A stretch of DNA of 64,000 nt. It comes from Azolla caroliniana. Taxonomy: Eukaryota > Plantae > Polypodiophyta. Positions 12,255 through 26,000 of the stretch are shown here, piece after piece; position 1 is the stretch's first letter; each line of letters starts with the position of its first letter. A program made the translations under genes and the position numbers. Location: positions 10,602,001 through 10,666,000 of the forward strand of contig JBHGNT010000015.1 in the NCBI GenBank assembly GCA_043228905.1, in the 5' to 3' direction. Below the pieces are notes generated by a model. That model saw only the letters and a program-made list of their open reading frames with translations, was not told the DNA's origin and did not search any database.

Positions 12255-14040
12255 AAGGAAACATGGAGTAGGTTAGATAGAATGTATGTTATGCATGATG
12301 AGTCCTTTTTGCTAGAGATGCTTAATATGTCAATTATGCAAGAGGTTGTGACATCGGATCATTTTCCCATATGTTTTGAGTTTAATAAACATGGGGTAGA
12401 TATGTACAAAACATTGCTTCGAGGAGTTCCATTGAGGTTTAATTCTTCTTTATTATTACATTCTTTATTTGTTGCCTATATGCAACAAATTTTAGGCATG
12501 TTTTCAAAACAAGTTATTTCAAAAGGATGGCATGCATGGGATACAACACTACAAAACATCAATGATATGCATCGTATGTATGGTATGACTAATGCTAAAA
12601 GAAGTAAGAAATTGATTGATAAGTTTTCATATATTCTTACACGGTGCAATGTACTATTGATGAATAATCCACATGATGAAGAGCTTTTGGATGTTCAAGT
12701 TCAAGTACATGACATTGTGAATAATTTGTCTTGTCAAAGTTATCAACAGACAAGACTACATCAATTAAAGGAAGGATTTATAGATAATCAATCACAATCT
12801 CATATGTTTTTTCAAGGATTAAGACCACCATATGCTCGTTCAAATGTGGTACAAATTAAGATAGGGGATGACATTGTTGTAGACCCAGTCAAGGTTATTG
12901 AGTTATGCATTACTCATTTTAAGAATTTGATTGGGCCAAAGTTGATTATTAACGAGGATGTCTTGAAAGCACGACAAGAGTTTTATAATGTAATTGGGAG
13001 TGCCGTGAATACAAATATTTGTCAAGAATTGGATGTTGATTTTGAAGAAGTTGAGGTAGAAAAGGTATTGTTACACCTTCGAAATGGTAAAAGCCTTGGC
13101 TGGGATGGTATTACAAATGAAGTTTTTAAGAAGTATGTTAGCATGCTTAAGAGTCCATTCACACAAATGTTTCAACAATGTTGGGATTCTGGTTTCATGC
13201 CTGAGAGCTGGAAGGTGGGCTTAATCAAATTGATACCAAAGGTACCATCTGCGGAGTCATTTCATCAATGGAGGCCTATTTCATTGATGGGAGGGTTGCA
13301 AAGATATTATCCAACAGATTTAAGAAGTTCTTACCTCAACTTATTCATCCATCTCAATATGGTTTTATTACAAGTAGAAATATATTGCATAATGTTTTGA
13401 ATGTTCAAATGGCGACTGATTATGCTCAACATACACATCAAGAAATGGTTATGGTGCAATTAGATTTGGAAAAAGCATATGATTATGTTAATTGGTCTTT
13501 CCTCTCAGGTGTGATGTATAATATGGGGTTTGGTCCTCGTATGTGTTGACTTATCTTTTTGCTAGGGCAAAATGCAACCTCTTGTGTGATGCTTAATGGC
13601 GGAGTCACTCCGAAAGTGTTTCTTACTAGATCTGTGCGGCAAGGATGTCCACTAAGCCCATTGTTATTTGCTATTGTTACACATCCTTTGTTAGTAATGT
13701 TGTCAAATCTTGCGGCCAGTGGTGATATTGTGGGTTTGCATCTTCCTTTTGGTGGACAAATGGTGGCACAAGCATTGGCAAATGATTCTTTTATGTTTTT
13801 ACAAGCCTGAAAAGAAAATCTTAAAAGGAGTATGCAAGTTTGGGATCAATTTGCTTTGGCTTCAGGGTTGTATATAAATTGGAGGAAGTCTCACCTTATT
13901 TCTTATACGAAGAGTGACTTGGAATGTTTGGGATGGTGAGGGTCAATGCTTACACGAGGTTCAATTTATCGACATTTGGGTTATCCATTGGGCATTGATG
14001 TTACAAATGTTCAATTGATTGATTGGATTGGTATACAATC
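12255..14040 (+). pseudogene. LINE ORF2 RT domain
   Basis: WRPISL, QYGF, LDLEKAYD, RQGCPLSPLLF, degenerate FADD ('LANDS'), HLGYPLG. Confidence 0.9.
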
Positions 14041-14043
14041 TAT

Positions 14044-14422
14044 TGTAATACGTAAGATATTATTTTCATTTAAGTTTTATTATAGGAAATTAATGTATAT
14101 TCCAGATTTCTCTGGAACATTCTAGAAGCTTCAGGATTACTCCTGAGAACACTATAAAAGAAGGCACTAGGCATTATTTTGAACCAAATTGGTTCAACGT
14201 TAGTCTTAAGCCTCATAGTCATCTTGTACTTACTCTTCCTATAATATATCATCTGTTATCATCATCTCTCTCTCTCTCTCTCGTCCTCACTATCTCTCTT
14301 GCTCTCTCTTCTCTTCTCTTTCCTCCCTCTCGGGAGTCTTACGCAGTCCCGTCCTCTTAGTACTAATAGTACTTCCCTTCTCTAGTACTAATTCTCTCTC
14401 TGTTTTAGTACTATTCCTAACA
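14044..14422 (+). mobile_element. truncated LTR of the Tcn1-like family
   Basis: Reverse complement of 4922-5271; lacks the outer tRNA-like segment; no matching TSD. Confidence 0.85.
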
Positions 14423-14579
14423 CAAGCATCACGGTGGTCACTATTGAATGGAAGTATTCGTGTAAAGATTCGACATTCTGTATGTGGACAACATTTGGTA
14501 AGATCGTGGCAAGATGCATTATCTCTTTTTGAATAGGGACCATCAAGTGATTGAGAATATTGTAATTCATTACAAAAAG

Positions 14580-15200
14580 AATTTCTTGTATCTTCTCGAG
14601 TGTTGTTTTGGCATGGGAAAGAGAAGTTGAGATCTCAATTCAATCGTTTATTTTGGTTGAGGATTGTACATTTGGAAGATGTGGTTGATAATGAATCTCA
14701 AAGGTTGTCGGATTTTGAAGATGCCAAGAGATGGTTATCTATTCCCCCAAATTATGGATTTATTTGGGAGAAATTACATGATATACCATTGTTGCAAGGA
14801 TCTTTGCCATTGAAAACCAATTTTGCACCTTGGGTAGATTGGCGGTTACAAGACGGTACACGCTTGTTACAGGTCACTACAAATATATTGTATCATCATG
14901 CGATGGCATCATTATCTTGGTTATCTCCTAAAGCAATGAAGGTGTGGAATGTATATAAGTTAGATGCAAGGTGGTACGTGGTTGGCATTCCCATCTACCA
15001 TTTCGTGCAAAGGTATTCATATGGAGAGTCATGATTGGTGGGCTCCCAGAGGTTCGGCCTTAAAGAGACGAAGACTAGGGTCTGGCACTTGTTTCTTTTG
15101 CACGGTTCCATTGGAGGATAGTACACATAGGTTCATCAAATGTCCTATAGCGTGTACCATTTGGAAGTACTTATCGGACATTTGGCAAGTTTTAACCCGT
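14580..15200 (+). pseudogene. LINE ORF2 C-terminus (zf-RVT)
   Basis: CFFCTVPLEDSTHRFIKCPIACTIW; resumes after 20287. Confidence 0.8.
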
Positions 15201-18200
15201 TGTCGTGTTGTTACGCGCGTGCGTGGAGAAAGGCGGGACCACGAGGGTCTTGGACTAGGGAGTGACGGAGCGTAGGAAGTCGTACTTCACCGTTTCTTGG
15301 GGCATCCTAGAAGCACACCGGAAGCAACCGAAGGGAGAGAGAAAAAGAGAGAGAGCGCGTGCTTGACACCGACGCACGCACACACCTACACACACACACA
15401 CACACACAGGCCGACCCGATTCACGCCCTTATGTACAGGAAACGCAGGAAAGGGGAAGCACCCAACACCAGTAGAGACGCGAATATACACAGACACACGC
15501 AAATGTATATATATATAAAAGAAAGAATACATTCCCGGCTTCGAGCCGGACCAAGGTAGGTTACAGTAGTCGTCGGCTGCCAAGCCGCCGGTCGGGGAGC
15601 TCACGGGCTTGTCGCGCCGAGCGGGTCTGCGCTGGAGACGAGCTGAAGCAAACCCTAAGCGAGCACGAAGGAGGGGGGGAGAAGAAGAAGAAGAAGATGA
15701 TGATGATGAATGTAACTAACCCTAAATCTAACGGTATACCCTCTAACGCAAAAATGGGCAACCCTTTCACAAAGGGCGCTCCGTTCCTTTTATAGAACAA
15801 GGAGAGGGATGTGTTACAATCTGGGATAAATCCCGACTTACATGGGATCGTCTGTCCCGACTTGACTACTCTTCAGCGCCATAAAGGCGCCCTCGTTATT
15901 CACACTAAATGTACAAGGGTGAGCACACATGCTGCACCTTGCTGATGTAGCCAATGTTTCCCGGTTTCCGCCTCCGGCCGAAATTCTTCACGACATCCGC
16001 CCCCACCAAACTGCACGTCCACCGGTACGTGCCAAATCCGGTGAAGGGTGAGAGATTTCGGCCGGTGAGAAACCGGTCTTCCGTAATCCGCATCCCGGCT
16101 CGCTGTCGGTTTGCTCCGTCGGCTTCGGTTCTTCCTTCGCGCTTACCTCCCCGTAGGTTCATTCGATCCGTCGATGGGTCCTCTACCGCGATCTCCGTAA
16201 TACACGTACTTCCGCTGGCCCTTGTTCGGCCGTATGAACACCCCGCTCCCCGCCGTATGCCCGATGTCCTCCGCTTGAGGAACGCCCGTAGTGGCCGCTC
16301 GGCCTCCGTTGACCTTCATGTTGTCTCGCGTTGCCTTCGTCCTCTCGCCGCCACCTTCCTTCTCCATGGTCTTACATCGCCGCGTCAGCTCGAACCGCCA
16401 TGGTCTCCAGAACGGTGTGGAGGATCCCTTTTTGGCCTTCTATGCGCTACCTCCGAACCGCGCAACCCATCTCCGCGCTCGCCTTTCTGCTCCGGCACCT
16501 CCGTGTGCCACATACCCTCATCCGTTGTTTAGCACTGCCTGTGCCGTACTCCGGTTCATTGCACGCCTTGTCGGCCCCTTTCCCGGCCAGATCGTGCATC
16601 ACCGCTCACCCACATACTGGTGTCCTCCGCATCCGAGGAACACCCCGTAGTAGCCCGCTTGGCCCTTCCCGTCTTCGTGCTACTGCAACAGGTTCTGAGC
16701 CTTCCGCTTGCCGTCGTCCCCTCGCCCCCACCAAGTTGTCACCCCGGCTTGCCATGTCAGTCTTCGCTACTTCGACGGAGCTACCGAGATCTACGAAGCG
16801 AGTGTGGAGGATCCTCCTCCGGCCTCTCTTGCCATCCCGTGACTCCGACCCTATGCAGTCTACTAGGCACTTGTCACCTCATTCCCGACACCTCCCTTGT
16901 GCCGTCTTCCGCTTCCTTCATTCGGCACCGCCCATGCCGAACACTGTCCCTTAGTCACGCTTTGATACGGCCCGCGATGGCCACTTGCGAGACTCTTATT
17001 CCGTCCCAGGTGTGCCTTTCCGGCCCGACACACCTCCTCGTGTTTGCCCCTACCGGCTCCTTCCGAAACCGTAACCGGCCAGTGAGGGTTTCGCACTTCG
17101 TCCGCCCGTCTTACCGGCTCCCTATCCGCTACCTCGTGTCGTTGGGTCCCGTTCCCTGCCGCCACCGTCCTTCTCCCTAGGTCTCACGTTGCCACGTTGG
17201 CCGAACTGCTGGGGTGTCCAGATTAGTTTGAGGGTCCCATAGGACCGGTCTTCATTTCGTCGCTTGCCGAGATCCGGGTGTCTTTTGTTTGAGTCCCTCC
17301 CGGACTCTCCTCGTGTCTTCCGCGTAGTCAGGTCCCGTTTCCCGCTGCCACCAACCTTCTCTCTCGGTCTCATGTTGCCATGTTGGCCGAACTGCAGGAG
17401 TCTCGGGTTAGGTGTGGGGACCCCGTAGGACCGGACTTCCTTATGCCCACTGACCTTGCCGGAAGGTCCGATTTGGTTCGTCGCCGCCTCGCCGACCTGA
17501 TACCTCCTTGCCGTTTGTCGCCTCTTGTCGTCCGATCACGTTCTCCTGCCGCCACCAATCTCCCCTATAGGACTCACGTCGGCACTCGGGCTGACTGCCG
17601 GATCGGTGTGAGTGTCTTCGTGGGACCTCCCCTTCTGGCTTTGGTTGCCCACCTTGCCGCCGCCACCGTCCCTTACTCTAGGTCTCACGCCTCCTCTTGT
17701 CGTTGGCTGCCGGAGTCTCTAGAATCGGTTCGTGTAAGGTCACAGCTGCTCCGCTCTGCCTTCGCCATTCTCTTCTGTTGGTCCCGTTCACCTGCCGCCA
17801 CCGTCCTTTCCTATAGGACTCACGCCGGCTCTCGGGCCGACCGCCGGATCGATGTGAGGATCTCCGTAGACCGCCCATCCGTAGCCTTTTGCCTTCGTCC
17901 CCTCGCCGCCACCGTTCGTCACTTTAGGCCGACCTCCGGCTCTCGGGCCGACCGCCGGTTTCTGTAGAACTGGTGTGAAGGATCCTCCGCGGGCTTGCCG
18001 TATCTCTGACCCTTATCCCGGGTCTTCCTTCTTTCGTAAGTCGAGAGGGTGGCTCGCTCCACACCCTCTCCCGTGGTACCGACGTACCGTGTTCCCGGCC
18101 TCTTCGTAGGCCTGCTCTCTTCCTCCCTCCCGGAATGGTCATCCGGGAGTCCGCTCCACCCGGTTCTCGTCCGGGTCTTCGTTCGTCCTTCTCCGGATTG

Positions 18201-20283
18201 TCGGGTCCCGTTCTCCTATCGCCACCAACCTTCCAATTCCCGACCTTCGCCCGGTCGGTCTTTCTCCCCATGTAAAAGAGGGTGGCTCGTCCCGCACCCT
18301 CTTCCATATCGGCACTTTCATGCTGAATCTGGCCGCGATTGAACTATCCACGACCGGACTCTGCTCCATCCGAATCGGAATGCCGATCTTCCCGTGCCGC
18401 CTCCATCCTTGGCCTCCTCGCAAGCCGTTTCCCATCCCTCTTCGTTGGCATCGTGCCAGGACTCCTCGTCGGCGCCTTCCTTCTCTCCAGTCTCATGTCG
18501 GCACACGAGCATGACCGCCGGAGTCTCTGGAATCCGCGTGGAGGGCTCTTCTCCGCTCTCGACCCTTTCCTCGGTCGGCAATTCTCCGCAAGTCGAGAGG
18601 GCGTTTTGTTGCGCACCCTCTCCCGTGGTACCGTCGTACCGATCTTCCGCCGTCGCGTGGGGCAAGTCCGTCTTCTCAGTCTCGGCTTGCGGCCTCGATC
18701 TTTCCTCTTCCTCGAGCATCGCCTCGAGAGCTGCGTACGCCTCCGCAATCCGGGCCTCAACGCCAACCCTTGCCAACTCCCTTTTCCGTTCGGCCTCTTC
18801 CCGCTGTGATGGCACGCCGTCACACGCCTTCCTCTTAGCCTTCTCGGCTCGCTCATCGTCTAGCCGTTGGCACACCCTTCCGACCTTCAACCAGTGCTCC
18901 GTAAGCCCATTCGCTCCGTCATCGTCTTCGAGCTCCATCCCGATGGCCTCCCGTTCCGCTCGGTCGATCGACCTGACGAACAATAGGACCTTGTTCGTCC
19001 CCACCAAACCTTGTTCCCGCTCCGGGAGCCGAGCAAGCCGTCGCTCGAACTCTCGGAACGCATTGGTCACGCCCCGGTGGGTCTTTGCCGATGCTACCCA
19101 CTGGTCGAAGTCGTGTCGTCCCCGGCTCTTCCGCCGTCCTCCGTATGCCTTCAGGAGCACCTCTTCGAAGGCCTCCCACGAACTACGAGCCTCACGGAGC
19201 TCCTTTACTTCCGCATGTATCCGGACAGCTACGACCCGACAGAAGAATTACAGCCTCAATGCTTCGTCCACGTCTCGCTCCTCCATTTCCGCGTTGTAGG
19301 CTTCCAAGTAAGATGGGACTTTGTCCCCGTTAAAACGGCTGACTCTTTCGACCACTCGCTCAACCGCTTGTTGCGCTGCTTCTCGCCTCATCACCACTCG
19401 TGCCGACTCCAACACCACTTCGACCACCATCACCGCGAGGTCGTCGTCTTCTGACTCCATCCTCCCTTGCCGCCCTTCACGTCGGGTTCACCAAATATGT
19501 CGCGTTGTTACGCGCGTGTGTGGAGAAAGGCGGGACCACGAGGGTCTTGGACTAGGGAGTGACGGAGCGTAGGAAGTCGTACCTCATCGTTTCCTGGGGC
19601 ATCCCAGAAGCACACAGGAAGCAACCGAAGGGAGAGAGAGAAAGAGAGGGAGCGCGCGCTTGACACCGATGCACGCACACACCTACACACACACAGGCCG
19701 ACCCGACTCACGCCCTTATGTACAGGAAACGCAGGAAAGGGGAAGCACCCCACACCAGTAGAGACGCGAATATACACAGACACACGCAAATGTATATATA
19801 TATAAAAGAAAGAATACATTCCCGGCTTCGAGCCGGACCAAGGTAGGTTACAGTAGTCGTCGGCTGCCAAGCCGCCGGTCGGGGAGCTCACGGGCTTGTC
19901 GCGTCGAGCGGGTCTTGCGCAGGAGACGAGCTGAAGCAAACCCTAAGCGAGCACGAAGGAGGGGGGGAGAAGAAGAAGAAGAAGATGATGATGAAGAATG
20001 TAACTAACCCTAAATCTAACGGTATACCCTCTAACGCAAAAATAGGCAACCCTTTCACAAAGGGCGCTCTGTTCCTTTTATAGAACAAAGAGAGGGATGC
20101 GTTACAATGTGGGATAAATCCCGACTTACATGGGATCGTCTGTCCCGACTTGACTACTCTTCGGCGCCATAAAGGCGCCCTCGTTATTCACACTAAATGT
20201 ACAAGGGTGAGCACACATGCTGCACCTTGCTGATGTAGCCAATGTTTCCCGGTTTCCGCCTCCGGACGAAATTCTTCACGACA
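15201..20283 (-). mobile_element. non-autonomous gypsy-type LTR element with gag-like ORF only and tRNA-Trp PBS
   Basis: LTRs 15201-15995 and 19498-20283; PBS TGGTGAACCCGACGTGA (19493-19477); PPT-like GGTGGGGGCGGA; 4-bp TSD CCGT; no RT/IN motifs inside. Confidence 0.9.
18318..19460 (-). pseudogene. gag-like ORF (one internal stop) with acidic/charged tail
   Basis: RFNGDKVPSYLEAY...SWEAFEEVLLKAY resembles a retrotransposon capsid; starts just after the PBS. Confidence 0.6.
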
Positions 20284-20701
20284 CCGTTGTTGTTTGAGAC
20301 CTCGACAATGGGTTTTTTCTCAATATGCTCAAAATGGATCAAATGATGAGATGGAGATATTGTTCCAATTTTTACGTTATTGGGGTCTACAACACAATTG
20401 GAATATGCGTAATGTTTCATGTTTGATAATATACATGGGGTGAAAGTCTATATAAAGAAGCTTAAAGGTATTCTCATGTGGAATTTTTGGATGTTAGAGC
20501 ATGTGGGAATCATTTCCTCAAATGCATATTCAGGTTTTTTAGTAGCATTACAAAACGGCCCTCTCCCTACATAGGCATATGATAGGTAGAGGAGACTAAG
20601 AAGTGTTGTAACTAAGTGGATTTTACATACAATTAATATAATTGTGTGCTTTTACCAAAAGAGAGAGAGAGAGAGAGAGATGGGGAAGAACCAGCCATTT
20701 G

Positions 20702-22345
20702 TCACTCGTCGACCTTCCCGCCTTCGTCCGCTCTTCCCGGGCCACTATTCTCGTCTTCGCAACCCGGGTTCGGCTCGTCCTCGCACCGTTTCTTGAACGC
20801 CTTGATCCGTTTTCCCGCAACCGGTACCATCATCCGTGTTCCGTCGAGCTTCGCGAGATGGTACATGGCATTGTCATTCGCTCTCATCACCACATAGGGC
20901 CCGAACCATCTCCTTGCGAATTTCCGTGTTGCCTTATGTTGGTTGTCGAGACTATTGTCGTAAACCAACACCCAGTCGCCTTCCTTGATCTTCTTCGGTC
21001 TTAGCCGGTGTGTCCGGTCGAACCAAACCTTGTTCTTCTTCCGCGCCGCGTACAATTTCGCCTTCGCCCGTTCCACGTCCTACGGTCTACACTCGAGCTA
21101 GCAAATCCGCACCGCCAATAGCTCCTCCTGGCTCATTTCGTCTGCCCAGTCGATTGCCGCCCACGAAGAAATCGTCTGCTCCATCGACATGATCGGCTTC
21201 TGCCCGTATATCAGCTCTTCCGGCATGAACCCGGTCACCGAGCTATGCGTAGTTCGGTCCGCCCACAATGCGTAAGGTAGGAGCCGTGGCCAATTCCCAA
21301 CTTGCCCCTCGCACTCCCGTACTAACGCCTTTACGATTGGCCCGTGTCCGCGCTCTATCTTCCTGTTCGCCTCTGGATTGTATGCCGTAGTGAGGGAGAG
21401 TTTTACCCCTAACCGGCCGAACAACTCTTCGGCCTCTTATGCGTCCAAGTCTGCCCGGTCAGCCACGATCTTCCCTACACAGCCGTACCGGCAGATCACC
21501 TCCTCAATCAGGAACCGGCACACGGCCGCAGTCATCTTGTTCTACGGTGCACAACCCTCCACCTGGTTCGTCAGGTCTTCTCACGCAAGCACCAGATACC
21601 GCATCTTCCCAATCCCCATCGCCATCGTCACTAATTCCACCATCCATTTGAAATGGACGGTCGTCGGGTAGATCGGGTGCAGCTCATCTCTGTGCCGGAT
21701 CGTGGAATGCATCTGGCAGCTCTCGCAGGTCATCACGAACTGATGCGCGTCCCAATACATCCCCGGCCACCAATATTTCTCCTTCAGCTTCTCAAACGTG
21801 GCCCATGTTCCACGGTGTCCGGCCCAAGGACTCTCGTGATATGCCGACAACAATGCCTCATGCTCTTCCTTCCTCACTACTACGCGAAGCGGAACGCCGT
21901 TACGCTTCTTCGGGTGCCTCCATATACTCTCATTCCGCAGGAAGAACCGGTACACCTTCTTCCGGATCTTGTTCACCTCATCTTTTGTCCATGCTGCGTT
22001 CGGTGTTAACGTTTTTAAGAACTTACCAATCTGGAGCCACTCCTCGTCGTACTCATTCTCGTTGAACTCACTGAGTGCCGGAGTGCTCCCCTCCCTTGCC
22101 GCTATGCGAGCCGACTCCAAGAATTCTACGCCGACTTCTTCGTCTTTAGAAACCATGTTGTCCTCGTCGTTGAACCGTGCTCTCGAAAGCACGTCGGCCA
22201 TGGCATTGTCTTTCCCGACGATGTGCCGTATCTACGGATTTAGGGACTTGATGTACGCGATCCACCTGAGCATAGCTAGGTCTGGAGTTGCGCATCCGGA
22301 AACCATACCTAGGATAGGTAGGCAGTCCATCTCGATTATTACCTC
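20702..22345 (-). pseudogene. gypsy RNase H end plus integrase fragment
   Basis: ADVLSR, HESPWAGHRG...KYWWPGM...CESCQ, AYNPEANRKIERGH, GPY motif; no LTR visible. Confidence 0.88.
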
Positions 22346-23017
22346 CATCTGCATCCGTGTAGTTGACGTAGTCGAGGCCCGATTGATAGAACTTTGTCGG
22401 CCTTCGATTGCGTCCAGATCTCCTGACTGCCATGATGATCGGTTTGGATCCTTCGATCATCTTTGTTGGCCGACGACATTTGTTGAACCACTTATATTAG
22501 GAGTCCTTTCGGATGACTTGCCCCTGTGATAGGATCTCAGGGATGTCACCACATTCTCCCCTGCTTCGGGATTGAGAGATTTAGCCGACACGGATCTATT
22601 TTTCCCTTTGGCCTTGGGTGTCTCAGTCGGGTCAACTCGCACCTTGTCAACTTTGCCTTTTTCGACTCTCGTTGATTCGGCTTTGTCATTGATGGCTTTG
22701 TCTTTGAGTTCGACTTGTGGACCTCCTACTGATTCGGAGTCAGCAGGTGTATTGTCAGCTTGGTCGACTATTTGTTGAATCTCCGATTCGGCCCGGTGGG
22801 TCAGACTTTCTACTACTTCTCAGTCGATTTCGAAAGAGAACTTTTTGCCCACTATTTTTTGTTGGTTCTGCTCAGAGAGGATAAAGTCTTGATTGAAGAC
22901 TACATCACCACTTCAGATCAATTTCCGATTCTCTGGGTCCTGTAGGCGATAGCCGAAATCCCCATCGGTTCCATAACCGAGAAATATGCATTTTGTTGCA
23001 TGGGGTGCCAACTTGGT
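22346..23017 (-). pseudogene. copia integrase C-terminal fragment (host of the 23018 insertion; other part 33587-33640)
   Basis: Joined across the TSD it reads IFGCEAYTFIPREKRTKLAPHATKCIFLGY...RRSGR. Confidence 0.75.
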
Positions 23018-26000
23018 TGTTGAGCAGCAAGCTCAACTAAAGCCGGATCGGCTGAATAAGCCTGAGCCGACAAGCGAGACGGATCGGTAAGCTGTGAGCA
23101 ACCGAGCCAGCAAGCAATAGAGCCGGTGAGCTGGGGAGCCGGTTAGCCGGATCCAATCAGTAACCGGAAGCCTAGTATTAGCGTAGACTACTAGGCAATT
23201 ATAGTCTCATAGTAAGTGTCAGATGCTCGTGTGAGCATTGAAGTACGCGGTACTTCTGTCAGTCCCACGAGGACTTGTATAAATAATGCTACTGAGCATA
23301 GTTGTATGTACAGAGTGTTTTTATTGTTTTTGAATATAGCCTTGAAGTTCTGCTCTCTCTGTCTCTCCCGTGTACTCTGTGTATTCCCTACCTTCTCTGT
23401 TTTCTAATGCTTCCGCAAGTAATCGTTTACATGGTATCAGAGCGCGAGGGTTGAGAACCTCTGCAGCCGACAAACGCTTGAAAGCAAACCCTAACAGGTT
23501 GTAAAACAGCAGACAAAGAAGTGATGGATAGAGGGATGGCTAGCTCGCTCCCTATGGAGAAACTCGACAGATCCAACTATGCATCTTGGTCGTATAAGAT
23601 GCACCAGTACCTGCTTGGGCATTGCTACTGGAGTTTCGTCGAAGGAGCCAACGAAACAGCACTTGATGCGGCACATAAGGACTTCCCAGTGTGGGAACAA
23701 TCGGTAGGCAGAGTGATGTATTGCTTCGCGTCCAGTGTCGGAGACCAGCTGCCGAGCCACATCCGAGACGCCAAGACGTCGAAGGAGGCTTGGGGGAACC
23801 TAAAGAAGGTTTTCGCCGCGAGCACTACAGCCCCAAAGCTGCAGCTCCGATAGGAGTTGAGCAATGTCCGACAGAAGGACTTGTCGGTGGCGGATTACAT
23901 GGCCCGGATCAAAGAGATCTATGACTCGCTTGCCTTTATCAACGTTACCGTAGAGGAAGACGAGATGGTACAGGTCTATCTTGGGGGCCTGGCACCTAAG
24001 TTCAGAGCGTTCCGAACGGCGGTGTGTACAAGGGAGAATACGCCGTCATTTTTCAACTTACAGTCGATGCTCCTTGTAGAGGAGAACCACGCTGGTGCGT
24101 CAACTAGCGCACCCACTGACAGCCGGATGTTGTACACGGAGGCGGATCGGTCCCGTGGGCTTGGTGGGTCGGCACGCAATGGAGGTGGCCGGCAAGAGCA
24201 GGAACGAAGGCACAGAGAACATGCCGACAACGGTTCCGGGACTCCCACAGGCAGGGGGAGTCATGGTGACACCGGAAGACGCCAAGAGAAGTCAACAACG
24301 GAATGCTGGTACTGTGGCAAAAAGGGCCACAGAGAAAGCGAGTGTTGGAGAAAACGAGCCAATTCGGACAAATCCGGATCCGGCAAGGCCGGCAAGGATG
24401 GCCGGCAAAGCTCGCACTACGCGAAGGGATCGGGAGGATCCAAGAACGGCAATGGGCCAGCTTGGTGATGAAGCACGAGGCGAACTCGATGAAGAAGACC
24501 ACTTCCAAATCGGAGGAAGTGTGGTATGTTGATTCCGGTGCGTCGAACCACATGACGAACCACAGAGAGTGGTTCTCCTTTTTGGAGAAACCGGATCAAC
24601 CAGGAGTAGTCGAAACCGGAGACAACACTCCTCACCCAATTGTGCACGTTGGAGAAGTCCCCTTGAGCCGCGTCGGACAGAAGGGGAAGCTGATGAACGT
24701 ATTACACGTTCCGACAATCACGAAGAACCTGGTGTCGGTCGGACAGATCGTCGACCAAGGGATGCAAGTGCGGTTTACGCACCTCGGGTGCTTCATCGAG
24801 GAAGAGTGCCATATTATTGCGCAAGGGCGCAGAGATGGGAGGATGTTTATCCTCGACACCAATGACGTCAGCACCGCTTTGTTTGCAAAAGGACAGAAGG
24901 TCGAATCGGACATTGACCTGTGGCACAAGCGGATAGGCCACGTCAATTACCGGAGGCTTCAAGACCTGCAAACGAAACAAGTTGTTTTCGGTTTGCCGAA
25001 GTTTAGCGGCCGGAAGGCCCAAGTATGTGAAGCCTGCCAACTCGGGAAGCAACATCGGCTTCCATTCCCCACCGAACATAACCGGAGTCGTAACAAGCTC
25101 GACCTTATCCATTCGGATGTGTGGGGACCAACACAGAATGTTAGTCTTGGCGGGAGTCGATATTTCATCTCCTTCATCGACGACTACACGCCGCACACAT
25201 GGATCTACCTCATTGAACGGAAGAGTGAAGTCTTCGAGTGTTCCCAGAGTCTCCAAAGCATGGTGGAACGGGAATCGGAGAGGAGGATGAAATGCCTGCG
25301 GTCGGAGGGCGGAAAAGAGTACTTTTCCGGCCAATTCAACAGTTATCTGCAGCAAAAGGGAACTCGGTGAGAGTTCAGCTACAGATACACACCGCAACAG
25401 AATGGTGTTGCCGAAAGGAAGAACCGGTCGCTTATTGATGCGGCAAGGGCAATGCTTGAGGAGAAGAGCATGCCCAAATTCTACTAGGCGGAGGCAGTCA
25501 GAACAACTATCTACATCCAGAACCGGATCGCTGACAAGGTGTCAGCTCACGAGCTGTATTTCGGGCGCAAGCCGAATTTGAGACACCTTAAGATCTTCGG
25601 TAGCATTGCATATGTGCATGTACCGGAAGAGAAGTGGAGGAAGCTGGATGCAAATTTGGAAAAATGCATCCTAATCGGCTATGCTCAAGAGCTTAAGGGT
25701 TATAAGTGTTATAACCCCCGGACAAAGTAGGTTCGAGTTAGTTGAGATGTCGAGTTCGATGAATCGGCATCGTGGTACTCCTTACCGGCTCCGACTTTTG
25801 AATCTGACCCGATGCCGGTGGATGAGGCTAGTGAGCCTGAACCGGCCCAGGTAGAGGATGATGAAGCATGGACTCAGGATGAGAGTCCGGAATCGTTCTG
25901 GTTGAGCGGGCCAAACGAGAGACTGAGTCAATCTGACCAATCCGATGAGGAACCGGCGAGTAGTGGACACTCTGTCGTGCACTCCCCGCGCAAGGAACTG

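Larger units (their letters stand above)
5346..20600 (+). mobile_element. L1-clade LINE, decayed and interrupted by three LTR insertions
   Basis: ORF1, APE endonuclease, RT and zf-RVT in order; reading frame rejoins across the insertions at 7305 and 15201; 3' end approximate. Confidence 0.88.

Noticed and set aside
15954-19454. Many long + strand ORFs (e.g. 18394-19299, 301 aa)
   Set aside because: GC-rich antisense shadows of the gag-like ORF and repeats; S/R/P-rich with no domain motifs.
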